A stretch of DNA of 64,000 bases from Lama guanicoe (taxonomy: Eukaryota), in assembly GCA_013239625.1 (NCBI GenBank), contig MU053184.1, forward strand, positions 78,220 to 142,219, in the 5' to 3' direction. This document shows, in pieces, positions 25,322-38,699 of this stretch. Under the pieces are notes generated by a model. It saw only the letters and a list, made by a program, of their open reading frames with translations, was not told the origin of the DNA and did no database searches. A program made the translations under genes and the position numbers. The stretch's first letter is position 1. Each line of letters begins with the position of its first letter.

Positions 25322-27080
25322 ATGAATATTATGTACGTATGTATGTATATTCATTCGCTCATTTATTGTTGGCTCTCAGGACGACATTTTGCCCTATCAA
25401 AAGAGAAAATTAGAAATACATGAGACTGAGACACTATGAAACATGTCTTTCCAGGTCTGGGGAGCGAATAAGAGAACACATACAATTTCCATGTTATGGA
25501 TCATGAGCAAAAACCGTAGCTCTGAGTTCAACCTGCATTGCTTCTGACCGATTGAGAATGATTTTATTGGTCACAAAGGTTTTTATACAAGTCATAAGCA
25601 GTGAATTCCTATGAATGTGATGGTTTTAGTGGTTGGTACGTATCCAACTTCAAACACTGTGCTTTGAGATACAGGGATTTGAGAGGTACATCACTCAGTA
25701 CTCTAGCTTCAGCTGGGACCAGGCCTCTGGAATCCTGTGACTTGCAGCAGCCTCCCTGTTCCAAGAGCCTTCTCGCCCTCCTCAGGGCCTTAGTACTATC
25801 AAACTACTCTTGTAATTGCTGGGAAACCTCTAATTAACTCAGCTGCATCAAGCTTTGGGAACTTCAGCTGCTACACCTCCCAGGAACATTCATAAAAGAA
25901 AACACAGGACAAATGAGAACTGTAGATCCCACTGTTAGAAGATGGACTTTCAGGCACAAGAAGCATGTATTTCAGGCACACCTCAATCATTGCTGTGAAC
26001 AAAGCATGCACGTATCACACACACACACCATGTCTTGCAAGGAAAACAGAGCTGGTTACCAATAAACAAACAAATAAATAAACTTTAAAGATCATTACAG
26101 AATTTTACAATGTAATAGGGAATCAAAGGCAGTGGAAAAAATAGGAGAAAAATACGTTGAGTCTAAGGAGATTAACATTTTAAACAGACGTTAAATCCTT
26201 TATTATATGATAACTATTATTTTCACTATTATAAAGATGATATAACTTTATAGGAAGTTGGTAAACTGACAAAATAGTCCCCATAATACTTCCCGCAATA
26301 CAGAAGTTACTGTTTGAAAAAAATTTGTTTCAACAATTTGATTTTATAGTTTTAAAAGCTCTTATTTAGGAAAATTAACTTGCTCAAGATGACACAGCTG
26401 CTACAGAACTCATCAAGATCTACGAACAGGGAACTCATTTAAGCAAGGCTGATAAATTATATTGGAGTGTTTTCTGCTGATTTTTAAGTGCCATCAACTC
26501 ATACCAGCCTGTGTCTAATAAAGACTCTATGATCAGTACATTCCATTGGGCTTACTTTTGGAATGACAACTTTCCCTGGACATCTCTGAAGCTCTGGAAC
26601 AAATTATAAAAGCAGAACTGGGCCAGACTCCAGGATGCCTATCTCTGAATCCTACTGCACTTTGCTTCTTTATTGAATTGTTAAGTCAAGAATGAATACT
26701 GTTAATAGTTTCCTCTGAATGATCTGTTCTCTTCAATGAGGATGTGAAAAAAACTTCTTTTCATGTGAAAATAAATTTACATTGAGGAAAAAAAGAAACA
26801 GCTCCATGAGGTGGTTAGTCTTATGGCCCTTTGATTGTAGCTGAGGAAACCAAGGCCCAAAGGTTGAATGGAGATGCTGAGTCAGTCCATACTGCAGGAC
26901 TATGAATTTCCAAAGCCTGTGCTCTCAAACCTTACACCATGGGTAGAAAATATGATGAATTCTTGCTACTGCATCTCAATTCTATGTCTTGCCAGGTATT
27001 GCTAATTAATTATAACACTCTTTTCTTTTGACTCAGAATCCTTCACAACACATCACTCTAGGCAAACAGAATCGGTAGGA

Positions 27081-28580
27081 AGCTTTGGGTTGTATGGACA
27101 TTTTCATAATATTAACTCTTCTGATCCATTAACATGGTGTATCTTTCCATTTCTTTGTGTCGTCTTCAATTTTTTCCATCAAAGTTTAATATAGTTTTCA
27201 GTTTACAGATATTTCATCTCCTTCATTAAGTCTTTTTCTAAATATTTTGTTACTTTTGATGCTATTACATATAAGATTGTTTTCTTTCTTTTTCAAATAT
27301 TTTGGAATTATTGTATAGAAATGTAACTAATTTCTGTATGTTGATTTTTTTTTCCTGCAACTTTACTTAACTTGTTGATCATTTCTAACACTTTTTTGGT
27401 GGAGTCTTAAGGATTTCCTACATATAAGATTCATCTGGAAACAAAGACAGTTTTACTTCTTCCTTCCTTTTTGATTTGGATGCCTTTTCTTTCTTTCTTT
27501 TGTTTTGGTCTGGTTGGTCTGGCTAGGAGTTCCAGTACTACACCGAATCAAGTGGTGAGAGTGGGCACCCTTGACTTATTCCTGATGTTGGAGTAAAAGC
27601 TTTCAACATTTTATTGTTGAGTATGACGTTAGCTGTGGGCTTGCCACAGACGCCCTTTATTATGCTGAGGTACACTCCTTCTATATCCAATTTGTTGTGA
27701 GCTTTTAATCATAAAAAGGTATTGTATTTTGTCAAACGGTTTTTCTGTATCTATTGGGATAATCATAAGATTTTTCTTTTTTGTAGTAATTTGAGGTTTT
27801 ACATTTATTGATTTGTGTATATTGAACCATCACTGCATTCCTAGAATAAATCCCACTCATGGTCGACCATGGTGAATGATCCTTTTAATGAACTGTTCAA
27901 TTCGGTTGGCTAGTATTTTGTTGAGAATTTTTGCATCCATATGCATCACTGATCCTGGCCTATAGTTTTATTTTCTTGCAGTATCCTTATCTGGCTTTGA
28001 TATCAGGGTAATGTTGGCCTTGTGAAATGAGTTTGGGAGTGTCCTCTTCTCTTCAATTTCTGGGAAGAGTTTGAGGATAATTGGTGTTAATTCTTTGGGT
28101 GTTTGGTAGAACTCACCAGTGAATCCATCTGGTTCTTTTGGGGGTTTTCTTTGTTGGGAGGTTTTTGACTACTGATACAGTCTCCTTACTTGTTATTGGT
28201 GTGTTCAGATGTTCTATTTTTTCATGATTCATTCTTGGTAGGTTGCATATTTCTAGGAATTTATTAATATTTTGTAGGTTATTCAATTTGTTTGCATGTA
28301 ACTATTTATAGTATTGTCTTGTGATCCTTTTTATTTCTGTGGTGGTAATTGTAACGTCTGCTCTTTTGTTTATGATTTTATTTATTTGGGTGCTTTCTCT
28401 CTCTCTCTCTCTTTCTCTTTTCTTTACTAATGTTTTGCCAGTATTGTTTAAAACTATCTCTTGGTTTTGTTAATCTTTCTGTTGTTTTTCTTGTCTCTAT
28501 TTCATTTATTTCTGCTCTGATCTTTGTTATTTCCTTCCTTCTGCTAACTTTGGCTTTAGTTTCTTCTTTTCTTTCTAGTA
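27081..28580 (-). mobile_element. L1 ORF2 middle/RT fragment (copy 1)
   Basis: Minus strand encodes degraded ERKEETKAKVSRRKEITKIRAEINEIE ... DTKKWKDTPC*WIRRVNIMKMSIQPKA. Confidence 0.92.
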
Positions 28581-28891
28581 TCTTAAGCATAATGTTAGCT
28601 GTTATAGCTCTAAGATGTTTTACGTAAGCCTCTTGGTAACCACAAAGCAAAAGACTACAGTAGATTCACACAGGTAAGGGAAGGGAATCAAAGCATACCA
28701 GTGTGGAAAATCATCAGTGCTAAAAGGAAGGCAGAAAGAGAGGAAGAAAGGAACAAGGAAACTACAAAATAGCCAGAAAAAAATTAAGATGGCATTAGGA
28801 ACTCCTTACCTATCACTAATTACTATAAATGTAACTAGATTAAATTCTCTAATCAAAAGGCATAGAGCGGCTGGATTAAAAAAAAAAAAAA
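28581..28891 (+). mobile_element. L1 inter-ORF spacer + ORF2 start (copy 1, cut by duplication junction)
   Basis: ATG at 28789: MALGTPYLSLITINVTRLNSLIKRHR = L1 endonuclease N-terminus. Confidence 0.88.
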
Positions 28892-29350
28892 GCCAGACTC
28901 CAGGATGCCTATCTCTGAATCCTACTGCACTTTGCTTCTTTATTGAATTGTTAAGTCAAGAATGAATACTGTTAATAGTTTCCTCTGAATGATCTGTTCT
29001 CTTCAATGAGGATGTGAAAAAAACTTCTTTTCATGTGAAAATAAATTTACATTGAGGAAAAAAAGAAACAGCTCCATGAGGTGGTTAGTCTTATGGCCCT
29101 TTGATTGTAGCTGAGGAAACCAAGGCCCAAAGGTTGAATGGAGATGCTGAGTCAGTCCATACTGCAGGACTATGAATTTCCAAAGCCTGTGCTCTCAAAC
29201 CTTACACCATGGGTAGAAAATATGATGAATTCTTGCTACTGCATCTCAATTCTATGTCTTGCCAGGTATTGCTAATTAATTATAACACTCTTTTCTTTTG
29301 ACTCAGAATCCTTCACAACACATCACTCTAGGCAAACAGAATCGGTAGGA

Positions 29351-30850
29351 AGCTTTGGGTTGTATGGACATTTTCATAATATTAACTCTTCTGATCCATT
29401 AACATGGTGTATCTTTCCATTTCTTTGTGTCGTCTTCAATTTTTTCCATCAAAGTTTAATATAGTTTTCAGTTTACAGATATTTCATCTCCTTCATTAAG
29501 TCTTTTTCTAAATATTTTGTTACTTTTGATGCTATTACATATAAGATTGTTTTCTTTCTTTTTCAAATATTTTGGAATTATTGTATAGAAATGTAACTAA
29601 TTTCTGTATGTTGATTTTTTTTTCCTGCAACTTTACTTAACTTGTTGATCATTTCTAACACTTTTTTGGTGGAGTCTTAAGGATTTCCTACATATAAGAT
29701 TCATCTGGAAACAAAGACAGTTTTACTTCTTCCTTCCTTTTTGATTTGGATGCCTTTTCTTTCTTTCTTTTGTTTTGGTCTGGTTGGTCTGGCTAGGAGT
29801 TCCAGTACTACACCGAATCAAGTGGTGAGAGTGGGCACCCTTGACTTATTCCTGATGTTGGAGTAAAAGCTTTCAACATTTTATTGTTGAGTATGACGTT
29901 AGCTGTGGGCTTGCCACAGACGCCCTTTATTATGCTGAGGTACACTCCTTCTATATCCAATTTGTTGTGAGCTTTTAATCATAAAAAGGTATTGTATTTT
30001 GTCAAACGGTTTTTCTGTATCTATTGGGATAATCATAAGATTTTTCTTTTTTGTAGTAATTTGAGGTTTTACATTTATTGATTTGTGTATATTGAACCAT
30101 CACTGCATTCCTAGAATAAATCCCACTCATGGTCGACCATGGTGAATGATCCTTTTAATGAACTGTTCAATTCGGTTGGCTAGTATTTTGTTGAGAATTT
30201 TTGCATCCATATGCATCACTGATCCTGGCCTATAGTTTTATTTTCTTGCAGTATCCTTATCTGGCTTTGATATCAGGGTAATGTTGGCCTTGTGAAATGA
30301 GTTTGGGAGTGTCCTCTTCTCTTCAATTTCTGGGAAGAGTTTGAGGATAATTGGTGTTAATTCTTTGGGTGTTTGGTAGAACTCACCAGTGAATCCATCT
30401 GGTTCTTTTGGGGGTTTTCTTTGTTGGGAGGTTTTTGACTACTGATACAGTCTCCTTACTTGTTATTGGTGTGTTCAGATGTTCTATTTTTTCATGATTC
30501 ATTCTTGGTAGGTTGCATATTTCTAGGAATTTATTAATATTTTGTAGGTTATTCAATTTGTTTGCATGTAACTATTTATAGTATTGTCTTGTGATCCTTT
30601 TTATTTCTGTGGTGGTAATTGTAACGTCTGCTCTTTTGTTTATGATTTTATTTATTTGGGTGCTTTCTCTCTCTCTCTCTCTTTCTCTTTTCTTTACTAA
30701 TGTTTTGCCAGTATTGTTTAAAACTATCTCTTGGTTTTGTTAATCTTTCTGTTGTTTTTCTTGTCTCTATTTCATTTATTTCTGCTCTGATCTTTGTTAT
30801 TTCCTTCCTTCTGCTAACTTTGGCTTTAGTTTCTTCTTTTCTTTCTAGTA
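29351..30850 (-). mobile_element. L1 ORF2 middle/RT fragment (copy 2)
   Basis: Duplicate of 27081-28580. Confidence 0.92.
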
Positions 30851-31957
30851 TCTTAAGCATAATGTTAGCTGTTATAGCTCTAAGATGTTTTACGTAAGCC
30901 TCTTGGTAACCACAAAGCAAAAGCCTACAGTAGATTCACACAGGTAAGGGAAGGGAATCAAAGCATACCAGTGTGGAAAATCATCAATGCTAAAAGGAAG
31001 GCAGAAAGAGAGGAAGAAAGGAACAAGGAAACTACAAAATAGCCAGAAAAAAATTAAGATGGCATTAGGAACTCCTTACCTATCACTAATTACTATAAAT
31101 GTAACTAGATTAAATTCTCTAATCAAAAGGCATAGAGCGGCTGGATTAAAAAAAAAAAAACAAGATCCAGCTATATGCTGTCTATGAGAGATTTACTTCA
31201 GTTTTAAGGGGACACATAGGCTCACAATGAAGGGATAGAAAAAGATATTCCATGCAAGTGAAACTAACAGAAAGCAGGAGTAGCTATACTTCTATTAGAC
31301 AAATACTCTTTAAGCCAAAATGGTAACCATAGACAAAGAAGGTCTTCATATAGTGACTTATCAAGAAGCTGTAACAATCGTAAATATAGATGTACCCAAC
31401 ATTGGCGCATCTAATTATATTAAGTAAATACCAACAAACCTGGAGGGAGAAATAGCTGATAATACAGTAATAGTAGGGGCCTTCCATGTCCCACCTTCAA
31501 CAATGAATAGATCATCCAGACAGAAAATCAGCAAGGACGTGTTTGGCTTTAACAGAACATTTCTTCTAGCAGCATCAGAAAACACATTTCTCTCAAGGGT
31601 TCATGGAACAGTCTCTAGGATACATCATATGGTAGGTGACAAAACAAGCCTCAGAAAATTTCAGAAGACTGAAATCATATCAAGTAACTTTTCTGACTAC
31701 AGTGGTTTGAAACCAGAAATCAGTAACATAGGGAAAGCCAGAAAATTCACAAATATGTGGAAATTAAACAACGTACTCTTGAACAACTGATAAGTCGAAG
31801 AAGAAATTAAAAGGGATAGTAAAAAATATCTTGAAACGAACAAAAAAGGAAATACAAACCAAAACCTACGTGCTGAAGCTAAAGCAGCTCTAAAAGGGAA
31901 GTTAATATGATAAATGCCTACATTAAAGAAAAAGAAAAAGAAAGCTCTCAAACAAAA
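30851..31957 (+). mobile_element. L1 inter-ORF spacer + ORF2 endonuclease region (disrupted)
   Basis: ATG 31059; ...KKQDPAICCL, MNRSSRQKISK, HGTVSRIHHMVGDKTSLRKFQKTEII, WKLNNVLLNN are L1 EN-domain motifs with stops and frameshifts. Confidence 0.92.
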
Positions 31958-32109
31958 TGTCCTCAGTGTTTTACCAAGGGCTGAGCTTTTTGAAAAGCCA
32001 CTCCAAGAACATTTCTTACCTTAAGTTGTTTCCTGAGATAATGATGATGATCATTGTGTTGTTCAAAGAGTGCACCAGAAAGTTCTTGAAAAAATCAGTA
32101 TTTATCATT

Positions 32110-32285
32110 TGTGATCACTATTTTGCATCAAAATGACCAGGAATGGGTATTGAAAATGTGGATTTCTAGGCCCCAGGTGGGACCAACTGAGTCAGAATTA
32201 CAGGATTATCCCAGGAAGCTGGTTTACACGGGACTACCAGGCCATTCCTAGGGAATAAGCATTTACAGTTTGAGAACCACAGTTT
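32110..32285. mobile_element. MER5-like hAT MITE
   Basis: 'aaaatgtggatttctaggcccca...actgagtcagaat...acagtttgagaaccacag'. Confidence 0.6.
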
Positions 32286-33283
32286 TAGAGTTTTGCACCA
32301 GAGAAATCAGTGTTTTCCAGGACCTAAGTAATTGTGATCATCTCTTATGATTTTGAACTCTGTGATTTTATGGTTCAAGCATCTCTCTTCTTTTCTTACT
32401 TAGCTCTTACCCGTTTTTCCTTGTTTTAATTGCTTAAGTGTATATGTGAGCCACCTCCAACATTTTTAGAAGTTGACAGGGTATGGAAAATTAAAGAATA
32501 ACATTAGGGTATTATAAAATAATCTCCCACTCTGTTGCTGACTCATTTATATTTGTTTCCAGGCCATGCAGTTTTTTTTTAATGTGCATTTTTCGTTTGT
32601 GATAAAGTTGTTTGAAACTTAAACCTTTCACTTGAAAGCTCACATTCTGACTCATCCACTTAGACACTACAGTTGGACTGCAGGCCTGCATTCCCAAAAT
32701 CTACAAGTAATTACATTTCTGTTTAAAAATGTGTTTCATTTCCTAGGTGTCTTTTTTGGGGTCTGCAGGAGGACCAGTTGTGAGTACAGAAGGCAAGGGT
32801 CATGGGGAAAGGGTTCCCGGAGATGCTGTGTGTTGCCACCAAAGCATCCTGACCTGCTCTACACCAAACACATTTCCCAGGTGCTCTTGGAAAGTAAAGA
32901 TGCAGTGAAGCTATTCATCTATCCTTCGAGTCTGCCAAACTTGGTTTGAAGTCCTGGCTTGGCCACTCAGTGTTGTGTAACTAACTCTGGACATATTTTT
33001 TAACCTCTTCAGCTTTGGTTTCAGAGATTTCAGTGAGGGAAATAGCAGTGCTTAGTGACAGATTGGCTAACGCAGGTGAAGGTGAGGAAGGAAGCCAGGA
33101 TGGTGCTGAGACTGTTTTTTGGAGGTCAGTAAAAAGGGTTCTTCCCATGAGCACTCTTTGGGAGCCTTAATACAGTGGAGTACAACAAATTAACTGGGCA
33201 GATCCCAATTCTAGCATCCTGAGGGCCCTTATCAAATTGTTGTCCAATTTCCACTGGCCTGTCTTAGTAGGGGTCTCCCAATG

Positions 33284-33517
33284 CAGTGGTTGGCAAACTG
33301 CAGCCAGTGGACCGCATCTAGCCCACATCCCCTGATTTTGTTAATAAAGTTTTATTGGAGCCCAGTCACATTTATTCATTCACTGATCCACGCGGAATCT
33401 GTGTTTGCTTTCATGCTACGACAGCAGAGTTAAATAGCTGCGACAGAGACCAAATGGCCCACAGAACCTAAAATCTTTGCTTTCAAGTCTTTTACAGAAA
33501 ATGGTTGCTGACTCTTG
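33284..33517 (+). mobile_element. MER58A-like hAT-Charlie MITE
   Basis: 'cagtggttggcaaact...aataaagttttattggagcccagtcac...acagagaccaaatggcccacagaacctaaaat...tttacagaaaatggttgctgactcttg'. Confidence 0.9.
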
Positions 33518-34199
33518 CTCCAAGACTAGGTTTTCTTGCCCCTCCCGTCTCTCCCTTCCGGGCCATTGGAGGAGATTGGGTGATCTGAGACCTTCTCTTG
33601 ATGAAGTTGTTACTGATGTCAGCCCTTGTCAATAGCATTCTCTTTTTAGCAGCAGCCTTTAAAAGGCTTGTCCTCACAAGGAAGCAGTGTAGAAACTGAA
33701 GGCAGACTCAATGGGGTGCAATTTCGATTGTGGAAATTTTGTCTTCACTCAAGCCATACTACGTTGACAGAACCCCTGCAGAGACTGAACGTGTTTTTGC
33801 AATTGGTAGAACAGAAAACAGCTTTTGCTCACAGACCTCATTCCTGGTCAGTAGGATCAGCATTCTCAAATTAGAAGGAGGGCAGAGATAGAGGTGAGAA
33901 TGAGGGGGTCCCTTAGGGCAGTTTGGGGGCCTGTAATGTAGTTCATCTCTACATTGAGGACTTGACCATCTTGGGGAAGCAGGACAGTCCTTAAGGCTAA
34001 TGAAAGTTGAGTGATGGAAGCTGAGTTCTGCTGCTGCTTAGGCAGAACACTAACCAGATGTGTTGGGCTGCCTTGGAGGACCCCACCCTTCCAGGTTATT
34101 GTAGACACCCAGTGACAGAAAGCCTTGGTGTTTCCTGAGCTTAACTGAGGTTGACTCCCCACTCGAGGTCCTGGTCTCCTCAGCATGGGCAGGACACCC

Positions 34200-34592
34200 C
34201 CAACCCTCCTGCCTCATCCCAGCTCAGTCAGTGTCTCTTCTCCCTCTGCCTGCTTTTCGCACATCCTCTCCCTCGGACCCGCTGTTCCTCCTGCCCTGGC
34301 TCCCCTTTATCTCCCTCCTTCTCTGGTGGGCAAACCCCGCATTCCTCCTTTAAACTCCATTTAGCGTCTCCTCTGCTGTGAATCATTCCCTGGCTCTGCC
34401 AGACGGAACTTCTTCTCTCTGTGACCCCAGAATACTTTCCTGCTCTGTCATAGCCTCACTCAGATGGTGTATTTGCATTTTTATCTCTTGCTCCTGTAGA
34501 TAGTGGGCGAGGACTGCATCTTTTTCACTTTTGTATCCCACTTTTCAGCACAGTATCTGGCACACAGAGAGCACCAGTAAATGAAAAGTGAC
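34200..34592 (+). mobile_element. L2 3' fragment
   Basis: 'ggactgcatctttttcacttttgtatccc...cagcacagtatctggcacacagagagcaccagtaaatg'. Confidence 0.7.
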
Positions 34593-34629
34593 AAAGCTTT
34601 GAGGTAATGAGCAGGAGATAGAATCTATA

Positions 34630-34770
34630 GGACCCTGGGCAGGTTACTTGACCTGTTTAAGCCTCAAACATAGGATTGTTGTAAGGATTAAAGGCAGGGT
34701 GCCTAGCACAGTGCCTGGTACCTACTAAAATCTCAGTAAGTGTCAGCGGCTGCGGTCACCAATAATACCC
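34630..34770 (+). mobile_element. MIR SINE (internally deleted)
   Basis: 'gaccctgggcaggttacttgacctgtttaagcctca...taggattgttgtaaggattaaa...cctagcacagtgcctgg'. Confidence 0.75.
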
Positions 34771-36459
34771 TCCAATTCTTTAATTATCTAATATAATAAA
34801 CAGCAGTGCTGATGATAACTGCATGATCACTGTATAACTTGATGGATGAATGCTTATTTCATTCTCTTTCATTCCTGTGATGGGGCGATTGACAAAGACC
34901 AGAATGCTACCTAAATGGAAAAGCTGTCCTCAGTAGTGAGGGACCTGGCTCCTTCCAAAGCTTCTTCCCACTTGAGCGAAGTTTGGAGTCTCCGAACTTT
35001 TCTCTTCTTCAATCAGGTCAAGCGATCCTGGGCAGGGGGGAACCAACACCAAAGGCCAAGGAATGGGCTCCAACACCCCAACTCATTAATATCGTCAGCA
35101 TCCTAACAAATGGGAGGCCGGAGAGCCAGACCGAGCAGCCACTTGGTCACATGGCGGGGGTCTGCCCTGGGGCCCTGCGCACATTGAGCGGATGGGCACA
35201 AGTGCCATCCATATTTCTCTGCACAGCCCCGGCCCCCACCGCCCATGTCAGCCTGCTGAGCAGCCTTGGCCCAGGTTCTCGTGCTTCACAGAGAAGATTT
35301 ATTCCTCAAGACTGACCTACATGGATGTATGTATCTAAATTCACAAAAGCTTGAGTTTGATGGCAAGCAACGAAAGGTCAGAGGAAAAGCAGGCAAGGCG
35401 TTTAAATCAAAATGATGAAACTGGGTAATTTCATTAGCAACCGTCGTATTTACTGGAAGTCACAGATGGCGCAGTTTAGCTCATAGCCAAGTTTTTAGGA
35501 CAAAATAAGAATGAAGAAAGAAATATTTCAAGGGAGAGGTGGTTAAAAATTAAATAGGCACCAGATGGCTTAAGATTGTCCTTCCTATAAATTTGGTGAA
35601 CGAAGGCATGTTGAATCCAAAGGCTTTCTGAATGGGACTAGAGGTTGGAAAGGGACTTTAAGAATATATAAATAAGGTCTTTAAAAGCGAGAGGTATCAA
35701 GTGTAGAATTACACTGAGTGGAGGTGGCAGTTAATTACGTAAACCATATTACATTTTATTTATTTATTTATTTAGCAGTTATTGAGAACCTACTGTGTGC
35801 TAGGTCCTGTTTGTAATGTCTACTATGATACAAAGGAAGGTTATAGTTTTCCTGGAGTGTCAGAAAGCTCCTTGCTTGGGCTGAGAGGGAAAACATGGCT
35901 TTGAAATGCATGTCATTATGGAGACACACTTGTTTCTCCTCGGGTACGTTTAGTGAGAAGTACTCGATGATTTCCCGTCTTTCAGAAGTTGAAGTCTAGA
36001 CTCTCTACCATGCTTGGAGCCCTTTGGGAGCTGGTGTATCTCTCTGTGCTTGGAGTTCTCAGAACTGCCATGCGTCAGACGGCCCGAGGGACCAGATTTC
36101 AGCAAGTGACTCAGGTGAGGCTGTTGCACGGCAAGGAGTGAGAGCTGCTGTTCTAGACTCTTCTCTCACCTGTCCTCACCATGCCTTCTGTTCTGTTCCA
36201 CAACTCCCAAGTCTCATGCCCTTATATATTTACACATCTTATTCCCTAAAGCACTTTTGTTCACCCCCTCCCCCCACCAAAGCCTCAGCTTAAGAAAAAA
36301 AAAAAAAACTCCTCTGGAAACACCTTTCTTGCTAGCAGGGGCCAGACTGTGTAGAGCCGTTGTAAGGGTTTGGGCTGTTACTATGCATGGAGTAGGGGCC
36401 TTTGCAGGGTTTCAAGTGAAAAAGCAGCAGCATGAGATGTGTGTTTAGCAGGCTCATTC

Positions 36460-37215
36460 TGAGGGTTCCAGTTCAAGTAATGATAAAGTGTCTTTTATCA
36501 CACCAACCCTCCTGCAGATATAAACTATGGACAATATATGAAACACTTGTTTGAAAGCACTGGAAAGCAATATATAACAGGCAGAAGCTGGAAGGGACTT
36601 GCCATTTGAAATATGGGAACAGTACTGGGTGAGGCCCCCATCATGAGTCCTTTCTTCTGAGGCCGCTTCTCAGTCTAGGTCCCGTGTGGTGGAGGAGCTG
36701 ACGGGGAAAGCCATGCTCTTGTTCCCGTCAGGGCTGCCAGAGCAACTGGCAAGTGAGGCAGGTACATCAGAAAGTGATGACCATCAAAGCTCCACACAGA
36801 CTTCCCTGCGTTCCTGGGCTGCCCCCTGAATTGTGCACACATGGGGTGAGGTTCCGGGAGAGCAGAGGGAGGCTGGATGTAGCTCGCTACCAGAAGACCT
36901 CCAGAGACATGTCTGCCTTTTGTAGGGAGACGGAGTTGGGAGCTGAATCCTGCCAAGACTTAGAGGGGCCGGGTTAACCCCTACGGCTTGCCATTAAAAT
37001 CCCAGAAAGACCACAAGGTACAGTGAAGACCACATTTTAGGACTAAGGCACTGAAAGAGACCTGCTCCAACAAAGCCTAAAACTAAGCTTCTGCTGGTTC
37101 AAGGTGATCCGCGGGTAATTTAAATGTCTGCAGGGACAAAATGCGGCGACGTAGAGGAAGCTGTATGATGTACCACTCACAGTATCCGTGTACCCTTACA
37201 TGATAGAATTCCCCA
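36460..37215 (+). mobile_element. Old L1M 5' end/5' UTR fragment
   Basis: 'aacaaagcctaaaactaagcttctgctggttcaaggtgatccgcgggtaatttaaatgtctgcagggacaaaa' resembles L1MC/MD/ME 5' regions. Confidence 0.6.
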
Positions 37216-37569
37216 GGTAGAAGAGGCTTGGAATGCATGCATTTTAAGATTTTATATCCTTTGCCCATTTCTTTGATTTCTTATCCATTGGGGGAAAAAA
37301 ATCTCTATCTTTACATCATTTCAAATTAAGTAATACCCTAGTGTGGTTGCTTTTGATTGTCAGGGCTCCAAGATCCAACAGCTGGTGATGTTTCCAGTAT
37401 TACTGTCTGGTGTAGTGGGAAGCTGTCTACTTGTCTTTGGGTCACTAGCCACGTTTTCTCTGCAACTTTTGCTCTGTCTCCCCTTACATTCTCTGACATT
37501 ATTTTAATTCTTGAAAATTTCATTCTAGACATACATGTGTTTCCAATATTTTGGCCTCCCGATTACCTC

Positions 37570-38460
37570 AAGCTCCTTTCACCGATGATTCCCTCCTACC
37601 CTAATTCACTTTCAAGGTGAAACCCTAGACCTTGTCACCATTAGCAACTGCATTGCCTCCAACAATCACAACTTCAAACATTTATCTCTTTGAATGCTGC
37701 TGTCTCTCTTCCTAGCTTACATCCTTTCCTACACCAGCTCCAACATTGCTTCACCTGTTAGCCATTGACCCACCTACATTAGGTCCCTCTCTATCTTTCC
37801 AGAAGCCTTCTCTCTCCGTACCATTTCAGTACCTTTGCACACCCCCACCGTCCTCGCCCCTCTCCCACTTCCACGTTCTGGCTTAATTAAATCTGATTAA
37901 ATCCAACCATTTGTCTCCTACAATCCTGTGCCTTTGCAGCTGGACAAAAACACAAAACCAAAGTCGAGGACTTCAACAGAGCCTTCTCTGCCATTTTCTC
38001 TCCCACCCTCTGAGGTAGCTGTTGGCACTTTCTCCTTCTTCCTCAAAGCCTCCAGATCTCTTCCTCCGTCTTCCCTTCAGACCTTGCCTCCTATTTCACT
38101 GAAAAAAAATTAAAGAAAGAAGGAATCGGCAAAGGACTGTCACAGACTCACCATCACATCTCCCCACCCTCCATTCTGTGCCCATTTTCTCTCCTGGGGA
38201 TCCGGACAAAGAACTCAGGAGTCCAATCCTCCTCCTGGGGCACTGCCTCTTGAGCATCCAGCCCAGCACTTCTCCTGTCTCCCTCTTCACCAGATCATTC
38301 CCAACAGCAGAAAGAGCAAGCGTAAAAACTGAACCTCTGTTTCTACGCTTCCCTTTCACTACTACCTTCTTGCTCCTCATCACAGCCACTCTCCTCAGAA
38401 GCACCATCTCTAGTTGCTGTCCAGTGTGGCTCTTGAAGTCCATTGTCTTTGCAGTAGTCT
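37570..38460 (+). mobile_element. L2 ORF2 internal fragment
   Basis: Frame from ~37612 reads QGETLDLVTISNC (L2 endonuclease C-terminal G.TLDLV motif); pyrimidine-rich L2 body. Confidence 0.7.
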
Positions 38461-38699
38461 CAGAATTGTACACTAGGTGATTTGGTATATTGTCTTTGTA
38501 TTTTTTCTTTAAGCAGCATTACATTTCAGTGGAGTTATGGATAATCATGATTTTTCTTTTACTTATTTGTTCTTTCTAAATTTTCTGTGATGAATATGCA
38601 ATACTTTGGTTAAAGCGGGGAACAATAAAATTATATAAAAAGAAACACCATATTTTATGAATAATTTACAATCAATTTTTATAGCAAAAACTGGCAGTA

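Larger units (their letters stand above)
26622..31160 (+). repeat. Head-to-tail tandem duplication, unit 2,270 bp (26622-28891 and 28892-31160)
   Basis: Both copies begin gccagactccaggatgcctatctctg and end ctggatt(A)13-14; ORF track shows identical ORFs offset by 2270 (28378/30648, 28430/30700); only two substitutions seen by eye (28654/30924, 28717/30987). Confidence 0.97.

Noticed and set aside
28717..28965. Chimeric 82-aa ORF (L1 EN N-terminus fused to unique sequence)
   Set aside because: Produced only by the duplication junction; starts at GTG and has no promoter evidence.
35459..35474. CTCF-like 'cacagatggcgc'
   Set aside because: The 5' half of the core has several mismatches; better read as a simple E-box.
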